This document shows, one piece after another, positions 21,461-35,213 of a stretch of DNA of 64,000 bases. The position numbers were made by a program, and so were the translations under genes. Origin of the DNA: Lama guanicoe (Eukaryota); the NCBI GenBank assembly GCA_013239625.1, contig MU053588.1:3624799-3688798 (forward strand), written 5' to 3'. How positions within the stretch are numbered: the stretch's first letter is position 1; each line of letters starts with the position of its first letter. A model generated the notes under the pieces. It saw nothing but the letters and a program-made list of their open reading frames with translations. It made no database searches and was not told the origin of the DNA.

Positions 21461-22524
21461 TCAACTTAGGGAGTATTGCCATCTTAATGTTAAGTCTCCT
21501 CATCCATGAACATGGGATGTCTTTCCATTGATTTAGGTCTTCTGAATTCCTTTCTGCAATGCTCTGTACGGATCAATCAGGTGGATTTTTGAGTGTCTTG
21601 CAAATTACACTTCAATAAAGCTCTTTTTAAAAACAAGAAAAAAAAAGTAAGTTTCTTGAGTGCTTACACTGGGTCGCATGGCCTGGACCATTATTCAGAC
21701 AGCAGAAGAAATGCACAATGAATTCTTCTCTTTTAGGGATTGAATGTTCTTAATACTAATCAGAAAGTCCTAGACATCGCTCAGAGATTAATCTATACAC
21801 ATATTAGCCCCCTGCATCTATCTCATGAATTTTCATGATTGGATTTTCCATCAAACTAAAAGAACCAAGGGACACTCCCCCTCTTATTACTACAAAGCCT
21901 GCCTCCTACAGCTCCTACTTATCCACTCTGCACCTAAGTGTAGCATCCCTGGGGGGCCCTGTGTGGTGCACAATGTCCTCTTCCTCGAAGCTTTCTTGTG
22001 CTGTCAGATCTCAACTGTGCAGCATTGGGTGTTGTTTATTTCATCATCTCATACTATTTAAGGTGGGGTGAATGGCAGATGATCAGAAGAGTATGGCTAG
22101 TTCCCTCATGATTCTCCATCCAGCAGTATTGAACTGTAAGGGGTAGTATCAATGGTCCACTTCTCTGGCAACTGCAGACCTCCAACCTCCTCCTAATATC
22201 AGGAATCTGCTATGACTCACTGTTTCTGTTCCCACACCCTACACTAAAAAAATCTCTCTCTCCTTTTTCTCTCTTGTCCCCCTGATCTTCATCTCTATCT
22301 CCCTGTATATATATCTATTTCTAGCTCTCAGACCTGGCATAAATTTCTCAGTGAGTCCAGGCTTTCACAGAAAACAAGAGGTCATTTTTAACACTCAAAG
22401 ATGCTAGGAAAAGACTCACTGGGGATCTTAGTTTAACGGAGTTTCTACATTTGATTTTTTTTTTTTTGGAAGGGGAATATAGTAGAAATTTTTTAGTGTG
22501 ACATGCAAATATTATGGGTTGTAT

Positions 22525-23312
22525 TGTGGATTCGTCACCAGTTGTGGGTTCTGGCCAGCAGAAGTCCCACCGAGACGGAATGAATTACTCAAGACTCTGT
22601 GGAAAAAGTCAAGAGCAAGAGGGAGTCGGGAGCCAACTCCACGAACCTCTCAAAAGCTCCCACATTTATTGTGTACAATCAAAGGAGAAATCACTGACAG
22701 TTGTGTGATGGAATGCAGGAATTTAGGGAAAGACAGAGTGGGATTGAGATTGTAGAGTTTGGCTCAAGGTCAGAAGACCCTTTATGTTTTGGTAAATCAT
22801 GTTCGTGTTGGCATCAGCGAGCCTTACAGCTTATCAGGGCGGAACGTATGAGAAGCAGCTGCTTGACATTTTTCTTAGACTCATGCGGCTGTGCCTGTCT
22901 TAGGTTGCCCCCCTCTGGGGATCTTACCTCTCATTGGCTAACCAGCCTTCTCACCTCTGAGTCTGCAGCTTTTTATAACGTCTTTAGCATTCCAGCCCAA
23001 GACTCGTTCCTTTGGGGGCCTACAGTTTAACTTTAGGGAAGTCAAGGGAAGAGGGGAGCAAGATATAATCTTACAGATTTGTTAAAGCAGACCGCCAGAC
23101 CAGCCAGTTCCTTGCTTTGGGGATAGAAGACTGTCTAACAGCAGGCACGCCCAGAGTTTATAGCCGAGGGCCTAGGTCGTTGCAACGAGCAGAGTGCTAT
23201 CTAAAACCTCAGCTATGCAAGTAAGGCAGTTACTAAGCACATTTGCTCTCCTTTAAGGAGACAAGCGGCTGGGGTCTGTTACAATTTGTTAACCCAATCA
23301 CGGGCTCCCACA
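22525..23312 (-). mobile_element. Solo LTR, possibly ERV2/betaretroviral class
   Basis: TG...CA ends, 6-bp TSD with one mismatch (ttgtat / ttgtgt), minus-strand AATAAA near 22665-22670, CpG-rich relative to its flanks. Confidence 0.6.
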
Positions 23313-25579
23313 TTGTGTGTGAGTTTCAAAATGGAATTATCAAAGCTCACTGTGTTTATTGTGGGCTTTCCAGATTAATTACTCTCATTATAGGAACAAA
23401 AAGCAACTCTCATAGAAGACAGTGATGAAGGTAAAATATGCAAAACTGGAAAGATAATTCTACAATGTTTCCGTTTCCTTTTTGCCATTTTCCCTTGGCA
23501 AATGCGTGTGAGCTGGACATATACCTATCTTCAAGAAAAAGCCATGTTTGTTTATCAATTATTACCCCATCCTAACACACACACACACACAAAATGAGCT
23601 ACCCTTGTTGCTTGCCTTAACTTGAGTCAATTCTATCACTGATACTTTCAGCGTATGTAGCATCTGTTTCAGCTGATCATTTCTGTCCGTTGTATCACCT
23701 TTATTCCTTTCTACTCCACATCAACCACACCTAATCCTCCCAGGAATGCACCTCTTAGTTCTCCTCTTTCAGGAAGCTAGCAGCCTCACAAAAACAAAAG
23801 AAATGTAAAAGGCGTTAGTGATGAGGACTGAGAGGAGTAGAGGAGGTGATGAGTGATGGAAGCAGAGAGAGGAGAGGAGACGAAAGGGAAAGAGAAGGGT
23901 GAGAGCAGAAAAAGTGGGGCGATGGAGAAAACGGGAAAGAGGAAGGGGAGAGGGAGGAGGGAAGAGGAAGGAAATGCAAGAGAGAAAGAGAAGAGCTGTA
24001 ATATTAACTATGCGCCAAACATGGTGGTGAGGACTTCACACTGAACCATCTCATGGAGTCTTATCACAGTTTTAGTGGAAGGACTGAAAATAGCACCGTT
24101 TTATATGTAAGAGAGCAAAAGCTCAGAAAAAGTCAAATACATTTCCCAGGATGTAACAGCTAATAAAAGTTCTGATGAAGATCAGACCCAGGAGTATCAG
24201 ATTCCAAATCCTAAATCTGTACTATGCTGCCCTCCACGGTGTATTTAAGACATGTAGATACAAAAACACTAAAGAGATAATGTGATGTCGTTCTAAGAAT
24301 ATTTGTTTCAAATTCAATCTTGCCAAAAAAAATGATCTTTTATGAATCTTGCTTTTCTCTCCTATAAATGGGAATGGTCGACTTCCCTTGCAAGATTTTG
24401 GTGGGGATTCTATAAACTCATAAGATGCTCAATAAATCAATCCTTTCTTCTCCAGTGGTATTTACTTGGGTATAATCTGAGGTCAAGCAGGCTTGGGATG
24501 GGTAGCAGAGAGCGAGTCTGAATCTTCAAGTTGTAGGACAGTGACCCTAATTTAGGAAAAGAAAAGAGACATTTCAAAGATGATTTCTTCTGATTCAGAG
24601 AATTCTAACCAGATTAAAGGTAAAGACATCTACTTGAAATCAAGAAATATCAGTTAATAAAAGAACAAAGAGGCAGAAAAGAGGCCATACAGAGAAGGAA
24701 GCAACAAGCACTTCAAGATATCCAATTCCTTTAAATTAGTGAAAAGCCTTTGACGTAGAGAAAGACAATAAACCAAGAAACAAAATGCAGAGAAAATCCA
24801 GACTCAGGTAAAACAGCTGGATGAAGTTCACTTTCCTTTGTTTTCAGAAGAGAGAAAAGCCACCTTCATAAATTCTCTCATTTTTACTTTCCTTAAAAAA
24901 AAAAGTCTACTGGATTTTCTGCGTAAATAATTATATCACCAGGAAAAGAGAATGCCACAATATATTAAAATATTAATATGTCATATCCAAGTTGAATTTT
25001 TCAAAGGAAAGTTACGCAGGCTCAGAATTAGGAGAGCTAACAATGACATCAATAGATTAAATATGAATATCACACAAAACCAGTAATATGGGAGAACGTG
25101 ACTCAATTTCCCCTCCACCAGCTGGGGAAACTTTTAATTTGGAATCACTGACTCAGAGAACTAAAACTGATGGCAATAATAGCTAATGTTTACAGAACAC
25201 TTGCCGTGATCCAAGTATATGCTAAGAGCTGTACTGGCATTATTCACTTAATGCTCAAACTTTCATTCCCTTGCTATTCTCTGAGCAGGATATTATTTAT
25301 TAACTTTTTTTTTTATACAGAAGGAAATGAAGCCTCAGAGAGTTTATGTATGTTGCCCAAGGTCACACAGTGAAGTACCTGAGCTAGGAATGAAACCCAA
25401 GTTTTTGTTTTTGTTCTTGTTTTCTAGCAGCAGAACCATTAAAAAAACAAACAAACAAACACAGAATCTTACGCCAAATCCTGTTTAAAATAAAGCAGAA
25501 CTGTGTATGAAGGCCTTTTAGGCAGTGTGAAAACCCTGATCGTTATAATTAAGAAATATTAGTGGTCGGGAACTCCCTC

Positions 25580-27220
25580 AGCTTTTATTTATATGGGAAT
25601 GTCTTAACTTTTCCCTCACTTTTGAAATACAGTTTTGCTGGATATAGAATTTTTAGTTGACAGGTTTTTTTCTTTTTTCTTTTAGCACTTTGAATATATT
25701 GACCCTCTGTCTTCTGGCCTCCAAAATTTCTGATGAGTAATCTGCTGGTGATCTTATTGAGGATCCTTTGTATGTGATGATTTGCTTCTCTCTTGCTGTT
25801 TTCAAGATTTTCCTCGTCTTTGTCTTTTGAAAGTTTGATTATAATGGGTCTCAGTGTGGCTGTTTCTGAGTTCATCTTACTGGGAGTTTGCTGAGCTTCT
25901 TGGATATTTATGTTCATGTCTTTCATGAAATTTGGGGGTCTTTCAACCATTATTTCTTCAAAGATTCTCGCACTGCTCCTTTCTCTTTCTCATCTCTTTC
26001 CAGGACTCCCATGATGTGTATGTTGGTTTGCTTATTGGTATCCCACAGGTCCCTTATGTTCTGTTCACTTTTCTTCAACCTTTTTTTTTTTCTCTATCTC
26101 AGACGTAATAATTGCCACTGTTTTATATTCAAGTCTACTGATTCTTTCTTCTGCATGCTCAAGTATGCCTTTGAATCCCTCTCCTGAATTTTTTGTTCAA
26201 GTTATTGTACTTTTCAGCTCCAGAATTTCTTTTTGGCTTCTTTTTAGGTTTTCTATCCCTTTATTGATATTTCCATTTTATTTACACATTGTTTTCTTGA
26301 CTTTCTCCACATCTTTCTTTAGTTCTTTCAGCATTTTAAGACAGTTATTCTAAAGCCTTTGTCTAACATATCTAGAATTAGGTCTTTTTCAAGGATAGTT
26401 TCTGTTGATTTTTTTCCTTCGAATAAGTGTACTTTCCTGTTTCTTTGTATGCCTTGTGATTTTTTTGTTGAACACTAGACATTTGAATCTAAGAATGTGG
26501 TCATTCTGAACATCATATTCTCCTCCTCCTTGAAGGTTTGATGCTTTTATTGGTTTTGTTTATTGTTTTTGTGGGGGTTTGGTTTTTTTTTTTTTAATGT
26601 CATAGGCTGTCTCTGTGCTGAGGATCAGCCTGAGATGTAAACTTAAGTTCTCAGGTCTTTTCTGAGCCTCTTCTTGAATATACACAGTAACTTTCTAATT
26701 TTTCCCATATGTGTAGTTGTTTTTGAATCTCCTAGTCTTTAATGTCTGGCTCTCTAAAGAGACAAAAGTAAAAATGAAGTGGGGAGAAAAGGTACTAGTC
26801 CCTTAAGTTCCCTGGAAGTCACTTCAGCTGGAGAGAGAGAGGGGATTTTAACAATGGGGGAAGGTGCAACAACTATGGCTGCCCACCCCTTTGTCTGGAC
26901 CTCTGTGATCAGAAGCAACAATCAGTGGTCAGAGAACAGATTCCCCAGTATTTGAAAGACAGGGTCCTTGTTACCCACTCTGGCTCCTACAAACTGCATG
27001 CAATTTGTTCCAGGAATACATGTACAGCAACAGTCATACGGCTGGGAGTGGTGGATGGGTAGCTGGAAGTCCTCCCCTAGAAGCTGTAAGACCTGGAAGT
27101 TATAAGCTTCCAACAGACTCCTGAGTTCCAAAATAGGTATATCAGACAGATTCTGCTAGTGCAATGGTTGTCTAGATGGGGAGACAGATTCCTGGTGCTT
27201 CTTACTCTACCACCTTCCCA
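25580..27220 (-). mobile_element. Old L1 ORF1/5' region fragment
   Basis: ORF 25585..25950 resembles the L1 ORF1p C-terminal half (NINIQEAQQTPSKMN...IIIKLSK...ILYPAKLYFKSEGKVKTF). Confidence 0.8.
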
Positions 27221-28329
27221 CTGCTTGCCATATTTATTTAAGCTGAGTAGCTTAGACCAGTAGTTCTAACAAAGTAAAAGGAATTCATGGGGCAAAATGC
27301 ATGTTAAATGACACCACAGGGGTACAAACAGAAAATCGAGACCACAGGAACTCTGAAAGACAATGACTTGGCTCTGTCAAAAATTAATTTTAGTGGAATA
27401 AAAAGAGAGAGAGACAAAGGAAGCTATAGCTTAAAAGAGACTTAAACACACAAAATCAAGTGCAATGTATAAACCTCATTTGGATCCTGACTTTAAAAAC
27501 CAGGAAAAAAATATTTTTATGAGACAGGTAGGAAAGTCTATTCATTGATTGGCTATTCACCATACTAGGCATTTTAAATTCTATTATATATGAGAATCAA
27601 AACTATGTATTTCAATATGACTTAATGGTTTGTTTCAAGAAAGTCTTGCCTAGAAAGATAAGTCTGTAAAAGAATAAAGAACTCAGTATTTACTCCAGGA
27701 AATTCATGCAAACCAGTTTATCTATGCAAACAATTTGTTCACCTGGGCAAACAGCTCCTCTGTTGGGATAACAAATTGCTCACCCAGGCAAAAAGCTCAC
27801 TTACTACACAATAGTTTGCTTATCAAGGCTTGTTTCAAGATCTACGTTTCATTGTGTTCACCAACCCCAAATCATTGTGCCATCATTTTTGCCCAATCTT
27901 AGCCGATTCATTGCTTTGAAAAACCCCATCTCAAGTAGCCGTATTTAATTTTCCCCTTTGTGGCACTGATGAAACTCTGGTGGTCTTTTTGACAGTTAAT
28001 GGTATACTAATGGTTTTGTGGCGTTTTTATTTAAAAGGGAGTTTTATCTTTTTGAAGAAATATATTGAAGGATTTCCAAATTTAATGCAACAAAGTGTGA
28101 GATCTGCTTCAATATAATATGGGATGGACAGTGGTGGGAGCATAGAAGAAATGAAATTGACCATAAGGTGATAACTGTTGAAGCTCATTGGTAGCTACGT
28201 GGAGTTTCCTATACTATTTTTGTCTACTTATGTATGTGTTTGAAATTGTACAAGAGTTTTTTTTTTTAAAGTGTGCTACTCAGACCACATCATTAGAGTT
28301 ATGCCTGATCTTCTCCTTTTCTTCTCCAA

Positions 28330-29015
28330 CCCATTGGCATGTCCAACTTTCAGATTTTCTCCAGAACCTGACCATTTCTCATTACCTCCACTGCTACTTC
28401 CGAGGTCCAAGCCACCGCCGTTTCCCACCTTGATTATTGTAATGGTCTCTATGTTTCAACCTTTGCCCTCCCCTAGTCTCATTCTATTCTCAACCCAGCA
28501 GCCAGAGCAATCCTTTTTAAAAATAAGTCTAAATCTGCCTCTCAAAACCCTGCAATGGCCCTCCATCTCACTCAGTGTCAAGGTCAAAGCTCTTACAACA
28601 GCCTACAAAGTCCTACACTCTCTGTACCACCCCTTTATCTCTCTGACCTCTTTCCTGTTCCATCAAAGCACCAGGCATGCTCCCACCTCAGGACCTTTGC
28701 ACTTGCTTGTTCCTTCTGTTTCATGGTGCCTACTTCAGGTCTTTACACAAATGTCCCCTTTTCAAGGAGGCCTTCTCTGACCACCCTATTTAAAACAGCA
28801 ACCATCTTCCTCAACCTCTTCTCCACCTTTTATTCTCTCCTTTGTATTTGTCACCATCATATGTCACATTTGTTTACCGCATTTAGTGTCTCCCTCCTTA
28901 GAAAACAAGCCCCCCATGAGAAGAGATTTCTGTCTGTTCTGTTCTTTGCTGTAGCCCCAGTAACTAGAACAGTGCCTGAAACAGAATAGGTGCTCAGTAA
29001 ATATTTATTCAGTGA
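28330..29015 (+). mobile_element. L2 3' fragment
   Basis: Pyrimidine-rich L2-like body ending aacagtgcctgaaacagaataggtgctcagtaaatatttattcagtga. Confidence 0.65.
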
Positions 29016-29549
29016 TTATGGTCACTACTTTTATAGGGTGTCCTCACTATTCCTCCAGGGTTCAAATTTAAATTAAGTGCTAAATCCAGGTGGGATACTT
29101 AGGAAAGAAAGTTTTGATTAAAAAGATATTCTAAGGGAAGAAAGGAAGGACCCCCACACTGTAGTGTACAATGGTGTATGTAAATGATGCACGTGGAGCA
29201 GAATTTGGTGGTAGTGCTCCCCTACCCCGCCCCATGGTGGACCCAGGCCTCTAGGCCTCTAGACCACAACGTTACCCATAAGTGATCTAGTGTGCTATAA
29301 GCAGATTAAAAAAGATGTTCAATTTCCCTCCCTGAGAACCCAGGAAATGCAAACTAAAACAATAAATTACGTGGGCAGCTTTATGAACAATGGAGAAATG
29401 AGCAACCTTTGTTCAAGACAAATTTTAATGCAGTGTTTTGCTTTTCTCGATATGTTGCAAGACAAATGACTCAGATTTCTGACTGGTTTTAAAATACAGA
29501 AATAATTATATCACAGAGTTAAAAAATACCAGTATGGGTTTGAAAAAAA

Positions 29550-30125
29550 AAAGTTTGGCAGTACCTACTAAGACTAACATATGTTTGCCTTATGACCTAA
29601 CAATTCCACATCTGGGTATTTACCCAAGAAAAATGAATGTGTATATCCATGGACAAAAATGCCCATGACAGTTCTATTCATAACAGCTAAAAACTGGAAA
29701 CAGCCCAAATGCCCATCAACAGTAGACTTGAGTAAACAAATGTGGTACATCTGTAAGAGGAAATGCTTCAGAGCAATCCAAAAAATAACAATTTGCCGTA
29801 TGCAACAATATAGTTGAATCTTACGACATAATGTAGAGTGAAAGAAGCCAGAGACAAAGGAGTACATAATTGAATGATTCCTTTTGTATAAATATCAGAA
29901 ACGGATGAATCTAACTCATCATGAGAGATATCAGAAAGTGGTTACCCTTGGGTGCTATTGACTGGAAGGGGGCACAAGGAAACCTTGTGGAATGATTAGA
30001 ATGTTCTATATATCTGGACCTAGGTGGTGGTGACATGGATGAACACATATGTATAAATGCATCAAGCTATACACCTCAGTTTTGTGCTCCAAGTTACATG
30101 CCAATAAAAGGTTAAATTTAAAAAT
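29550..30125 (+). mobile_element. Old L1 3' end
   Basis: ttattcataacagctaaaaactggaaacagcccaaatgcccatcaacag...aagaagccagagacaaaggagtacata. Confidence 0.75.
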
Positions 30126-30251
30126 GTTTTGAATAAGTAGAGTAGAATAAAGGACTAGTATGTTGGTACTTTCAAGACACGAAATACCAGATAGCAGGAC
30201 AGGTTGGGTGCACACAGGGAGAACTGGGCCCAGGTTCTCAGATTCCCCCTC

Positions 30252-30270
30252 TCACCACAAGGTGGCGCTC
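30252..30270 (+). promoter_or_regulatory. Candidate CTCF site
   Basis: TCACCACAAGGTGGCGCTC closely matches the CTCF core CCASYAGRKGGCRS. Confidence 0.55.
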
Positions 30271-32124
30271 TCTCCTTTCTCAAACCCCAAGGTGGCTCGC
30301 TCCTTTCTCAAGTCTCTCTCACCAAGTCGCTAGGAGGGAAAACCAGCTGAAGATGATATTGCCCACTTAGAAATATCACTGGAGGTGGAGGGTTGTGTGC
30401 TTCAGAAAAGAAGAGCATGGGTCTAGGGTGGGAATGCTGTTCAATGACGCCGGCCTCACTACAGAAGACTGTAGCCCTTTCAAAGCAAGGGCTTGAATCC
30501 CAGCACTGTCATTTCCTAGCTGTGCGACCTTGGGAATGTCCCTTAACTTCTCTGTGCCTCAGTATCCTCATTTGGACAGTGGAAATATTAGTACATACCT
30601 TGTGGTGTGGCTGTTGTTTGTGTGAAATTAGAGTCTTCGTGAAGCTCTCAGAAAAATCACCTGGCACAGAAGAAGAGCTGAAAGTCATTACCCAGATAAT
30701 ATTAAGAGATGAAATCTCAGTAACCAAAAGGGGAAGACCTAGCATCCCCTTCTTCTGGGTATGGGGAGCCTGGCTGAGCTGGAGATAAGAGATCACAGTC
30801 TAGTTTCTGTGTTCTTTTCCAGAACCTGTTGGTCCACACATAGTCACCACAGTCAATGCTGGTCTGGACCTGTGGCCGAGAGTCTTTCTGTGGGGACCAA
30901 AGCTGTGTGCCTCAGTGTGGGAGACAGAACAACGTCCCTCTAAATTGTCCACATCCTAATCCCTGGGACCTGTAAGTATGTGATCTTACATGGCAAAAGG
31001 GATCTTGCATGTGTGATTAAGTTAAGGATCTCGCCCCTTGGCAGCTGGGAAGTGTGGAACCCTCAGAACTCAAGCTGCAAGATGCCAGCTGCCTTAAGGT
31101 TCTGTCTGGAAGCACCTGTAATCCTTGGGCAGCCTTCCCAGGAGGTGGTGGGCACAGGCTGAGGATGCCAGGGTGTGGGGCTGGTAATGTCCTTCCAGGT
31201 CCAGTGTCCTGGGTGATAGGACCTTTGCTCCTGGTCTGATGGTCAGTGCTGGAGAAGTCCTTAGGGACACAGTGCTAGGCATGGGGAGATCCAAGAGCAT
31301 CTTCAGCATTGCAAAAGCCCAACACTTAACCCAGGTTCTTTGCTTTGGGCCAGAATAAAATCTCTGTATGACTGGGACATCCCAGTGTCTTCCATTGCTC
31401 TGAGACCAAGGACCAAAAACATTGAGTTCTGATTGGTAAGACCCAGGGAAATTAATTAACACTCCAAAGGCACCATGAGGGATAATATATCTTCCAAATG
31501 TGAAAGATTGGGCTTGGGTTTGCCAGATTAGCTGTAAAAGTATCACTGTTACAACAGACTTGAGCTCCTCAAAGCCCTGAGGATAGGGAGGCTACTCCAG
31601 GAGACCACAAACCAGGAAAAACCCATGCCTACAGTTACTAAAAGGATGACAGCTACAGATGAAACCAGCTCCATTCTACATCCTATGAGGCTGGAGAGAT
31701 GAGAGTGTGCCTGCGTCCCTGCCTCAGGCCCCTGTGCCAGAACAGCTGTCTCTAATCTGCTGGTGACAGCCCAGCCAGCCTTGCTTTTTTTTTTTTAAAA
31801 CCAGGGAAGTTCTAGAATCATCTGGCTCCGATCATTTTTACAAGCAGCAAAAGTTCTGGGAAACTGGCTTGTGGAAACCACTGAATTTCCCTTGCTTGAG
31901 AAATGGAGACAATCATAATCTGGCTTTATAGAGCTGTTGTCACAATTAAGTGGCCTTCACAGGGCATGCAGGATGGAATGCAGGTTTGTGAGATCCCAAG
32001 CTTACACAAGAACTAGGAGGAACTATTTTGATCAAAAGATCTTAGGATGCGTGAAACCCTCATCTGCACCTATATTTACAAACCAATACTTAATCGAGCT
32101 AAAGGCAAAAATTAAGAAAAACAT

Positions 32125-32280
32125 GGGTAGGAGAAGGGTATAGCTCAGTGGTACAGTGAGTGCTTAGCATGCATGAGGTCCTAGGTTCTATTCCCAGTAC
32201 CTTCATTAAAAAAATAACAATAAAAAATAAACCTAATTAATCCCTCTCCCTCCTAAAAAAACAAATAAACAAAAGATGGT
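32125..32280 (+). mobile_element. tRNA-derived SINE
   Basis: gggtatagctcagtggtacagtgagtgcttagcatgcatgaggtcctaggttc followed by an A-rich tail. Confidence 0.82.
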
Positions 32281-32769
32281 TAAAATGGAAAAAAAAGCAC
32301 TTAAACTATCTTATCAGAGATAAACAATAACGTCCTGTACCTTGTAATAGCCTATAATGGAAAAGAATATGAAAAAAAAGGATAAATCAATGTATAATTG
32401 ATTGATAGATAAATATTTAGATCTAAATGAATCCACTTAGATTAAAAACTTCAAATCAGGTAATGCAGTGACTATGATCAAATAATATCAAGGCATTCAC
32501 TTCTCAACCAGCAAATGTGGATGATTTCCAAGCTTCCTGCCAGCTTCCTCTAGACAGCCACACCCAAACAAGAAATGCAGACACAACAGCTTCTTCCCCA
32601 GCCACCCTCTACTACTTTGTTCCCTTCTCTGCACAAACCTTGTCCACCCTGAGCCTAAGAGTTTTCTTCAAAGACACATGACACAGGAGCTCCTGGGGTC
32701 CTCTCCCAAATGGCCTCTGACCTCTCCTGTTGACGAGCAGAGCCCAAGATCTTTAAGCTGGTAGGAACC

Positions 32770-33236
32770 ATGGTGGATTGTACTGTTGGTCCTAATTCCT
32801 CACCCCTTCCTGTATCCATGCTCTTTACTGAGTAACTTCACAGTTAGACGACTCTAGCTTGGGCATGTGAGTTGCTTTCACCAGCAGAATGAGGTGGAAG
32901 TGACAGAATGCCAATCTCCAGCCTACGTCTTAATTGAGGGGCCTGGCACATTTCCACCCGTACCTTTGCTTCCATGGGAACAAGCCTGGGCTAGTCTGCT
33001 GGAAGATGTCATACATGTGGAGCAAAACCAAGTCTCCCAGCCACTCCAGCCAAGACCAGGTTAGATCAGCCAACAGCTGAGCCCCAGACATGTGGGCAAG
33101 CACAGCTGAGCCAAGGAGAACCATCCAGCCAAGCCCAGCCTAAACTGCCCACCACAAACCTATGAACTAAATAAATATAACTGAGTGTCAGGGGTGGTTT
33201 GTTACACAGCACTATAATAGCAAAAACTAAATGATA
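32770..33236 (+). mobile_element. MaLR (MLT1-type) LTR
   Basis: Ends ggggtggtttgttacacagcactataatagc..aactaaatgata, a typical MLT1 3' end. Confidence 0.6.
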
Positions 33237-34749
33237 TGGGAAACCCCCTGGTCCCTGGTCAAATCTTTAATCTGGGCTGCCTGGATTTGAATCCCATCTC
33301 TGCCATTCGTCAACTGAGTAACTTAACTTCTCTGTGCCTTAGATTCCTCATCTGTAAAGTAGGATGATAGCAGTTCTAACCCAACAGGACTGTTTCATCA
33401 TTCAGGAGCTGATGTTGATTGAATTTCTACTGCTCTGGGTGAGGAGGAAACAACAATGAGACAAAGTTTCCTCCCTCACAGAGCTGACATTCAGGTGGAG
33501 CAGATGCATTAAAAAAACAAATAGATCTATGACAGAAAATCAGTCCAGAGAACTGCTATGAAGAGAAGTAAAGCAGTGGAGAGGGAGGGAGGACTGGGGC
33601 TTCAGGAAAAAAGATGCTGCTCTGCTTGCCCTCTGAATGGGCTTACCTGTCCACCCAGAGGAGGTGACATTCCAGCCGACACGGGAATGAAGAGAGAGAG
33701 GAAGCCGTCTGAACATGGAGAGGGAGCGCTTTCCCAGCCGAAGGGACGGCCAGCACAAAGGGCTGGAGGCGGACATGAGCTTGGTGTGCGGGAAGAATGG
33801 GAAGCAGGCTGGAGTGAAGCAGGCAGGGAGGAGAGTGGCAGGAGGTGATGTGAGCAGCGGGTAGTGACAGGTTCGTGAGGATTAAGGAGTCTGCATTTTA
33901 CTGTCGTGACAATTAAATGAGTTAATATGTGGAAAGTGCTCTGGACAGTGCCTGGGTCATGATGAGTGTTCAGTAAGTGTCAGCTTTCTCTTTACCACTG
34001 GCATTTTCACCCACAAAATGCAGTGTCCGGTTCCAGGGTCCCTAAGAGAAAAATGCCCGTGGGTGGTTGCCCCTCCTGGAACTAAGGAGAGACAGGCTCA
34101 CTGGGGGAATCTTGACAAAGGGAAATTTTCACTTTGACTCCAGTCGGCATTGTTTGAATTTCGAGGCCCTTTGTTGGGAATGGATCATGAGGAGCGTGGC
34201 TGGAGTGGAACAGGCAAAGGGCAGGGTGCGAGGAGGTGAGGTCACACAGGTAGCAGAGACTGGACCCCACAGGGCCTTTCTCCTAAGCAAGAAGGGAAGC
34301 TACTGGAATGTTCCAGTTTACCCCATGCCACTCCTTTGTGGAAAGATGTCTCCTTCTCTCTCCTTTCCTTCCACGGCTGGAGCCCTCTTGCCCCACAGGG
34401 CTGTCTTGCCCACTCGGCCCCCTCCCTCCACCTCTTGAGATATTACTTTAAAAACCTTTGATCAGATATTTCAGTAAAACACACCTACCATTTCCAGGAA
34501 ATGGTAGTTTTCAGATATGGGGAACTGACTGAGAGTTTACTTTGCTCTGAATTTTGGTACCTGTGAGATTAAAGAAGATGAGACTTTGATACAAATATGC
34601 AATCAAACAAATTATCCTGTTGCAAAACAACTTCACCAAACTCATTGCTAACACTGTTGGGGATAAAAGGAAAGAAAAAGCATTAACTTAGAAGAAGCAC
34701 GAGACTCTAGAAAAAGGTAATCTAAACCCTAGAGGAAAATGGTTAAGAG

Positions 34750-35213
34750 TGTTGACCTAAAACAGTAAAACATCCAGTTATTTTACCAGCAAAATGGATT
34801 TATTCAGGAACAGCACAGGTCCTGAATTACAATTCAGGACATGCAATCTATGATGAATCATATGCAAGTCTGGAGAACAAAGGAGGAACTCTCTTTTATA
34901 GAGGAGAAAGGGGAGTTGGGAGGGACTGTTATAAACAAAGAGTTCATAGGAGGAAACTTGGAGTTCATAGCACAGTGTCTTTTCATTGGCTGAGTTGTGA
35001 CAGGCTCTCATTGGCTGGGCAGCTGCTGGGAAAGAAGAAATTCTTCCTTCCTCCTGCTGAGTAGTAAAGTAGTAACTGTGTTCCTTTCGGAAATGCAAAG
35101 GTACCTCTTTTCCTGCAGGTCTGCAATTAGCCTGGAGTGACAGGGCTCGAGAGCTCCCTCCTCGGGCCTCCTGAATCCATTTTAAACGAGGCTTCTGTTT
35201 ATAAATTTTCACA
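34750..35213 (-). mobile_element. ERV1-class solo LTR
   Basis: TG...CA ends, exact 4-bp TSD agag, minus-strand AATAAA and TATAAAA, paired CCAAT boxes. Confidence 0.8.
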
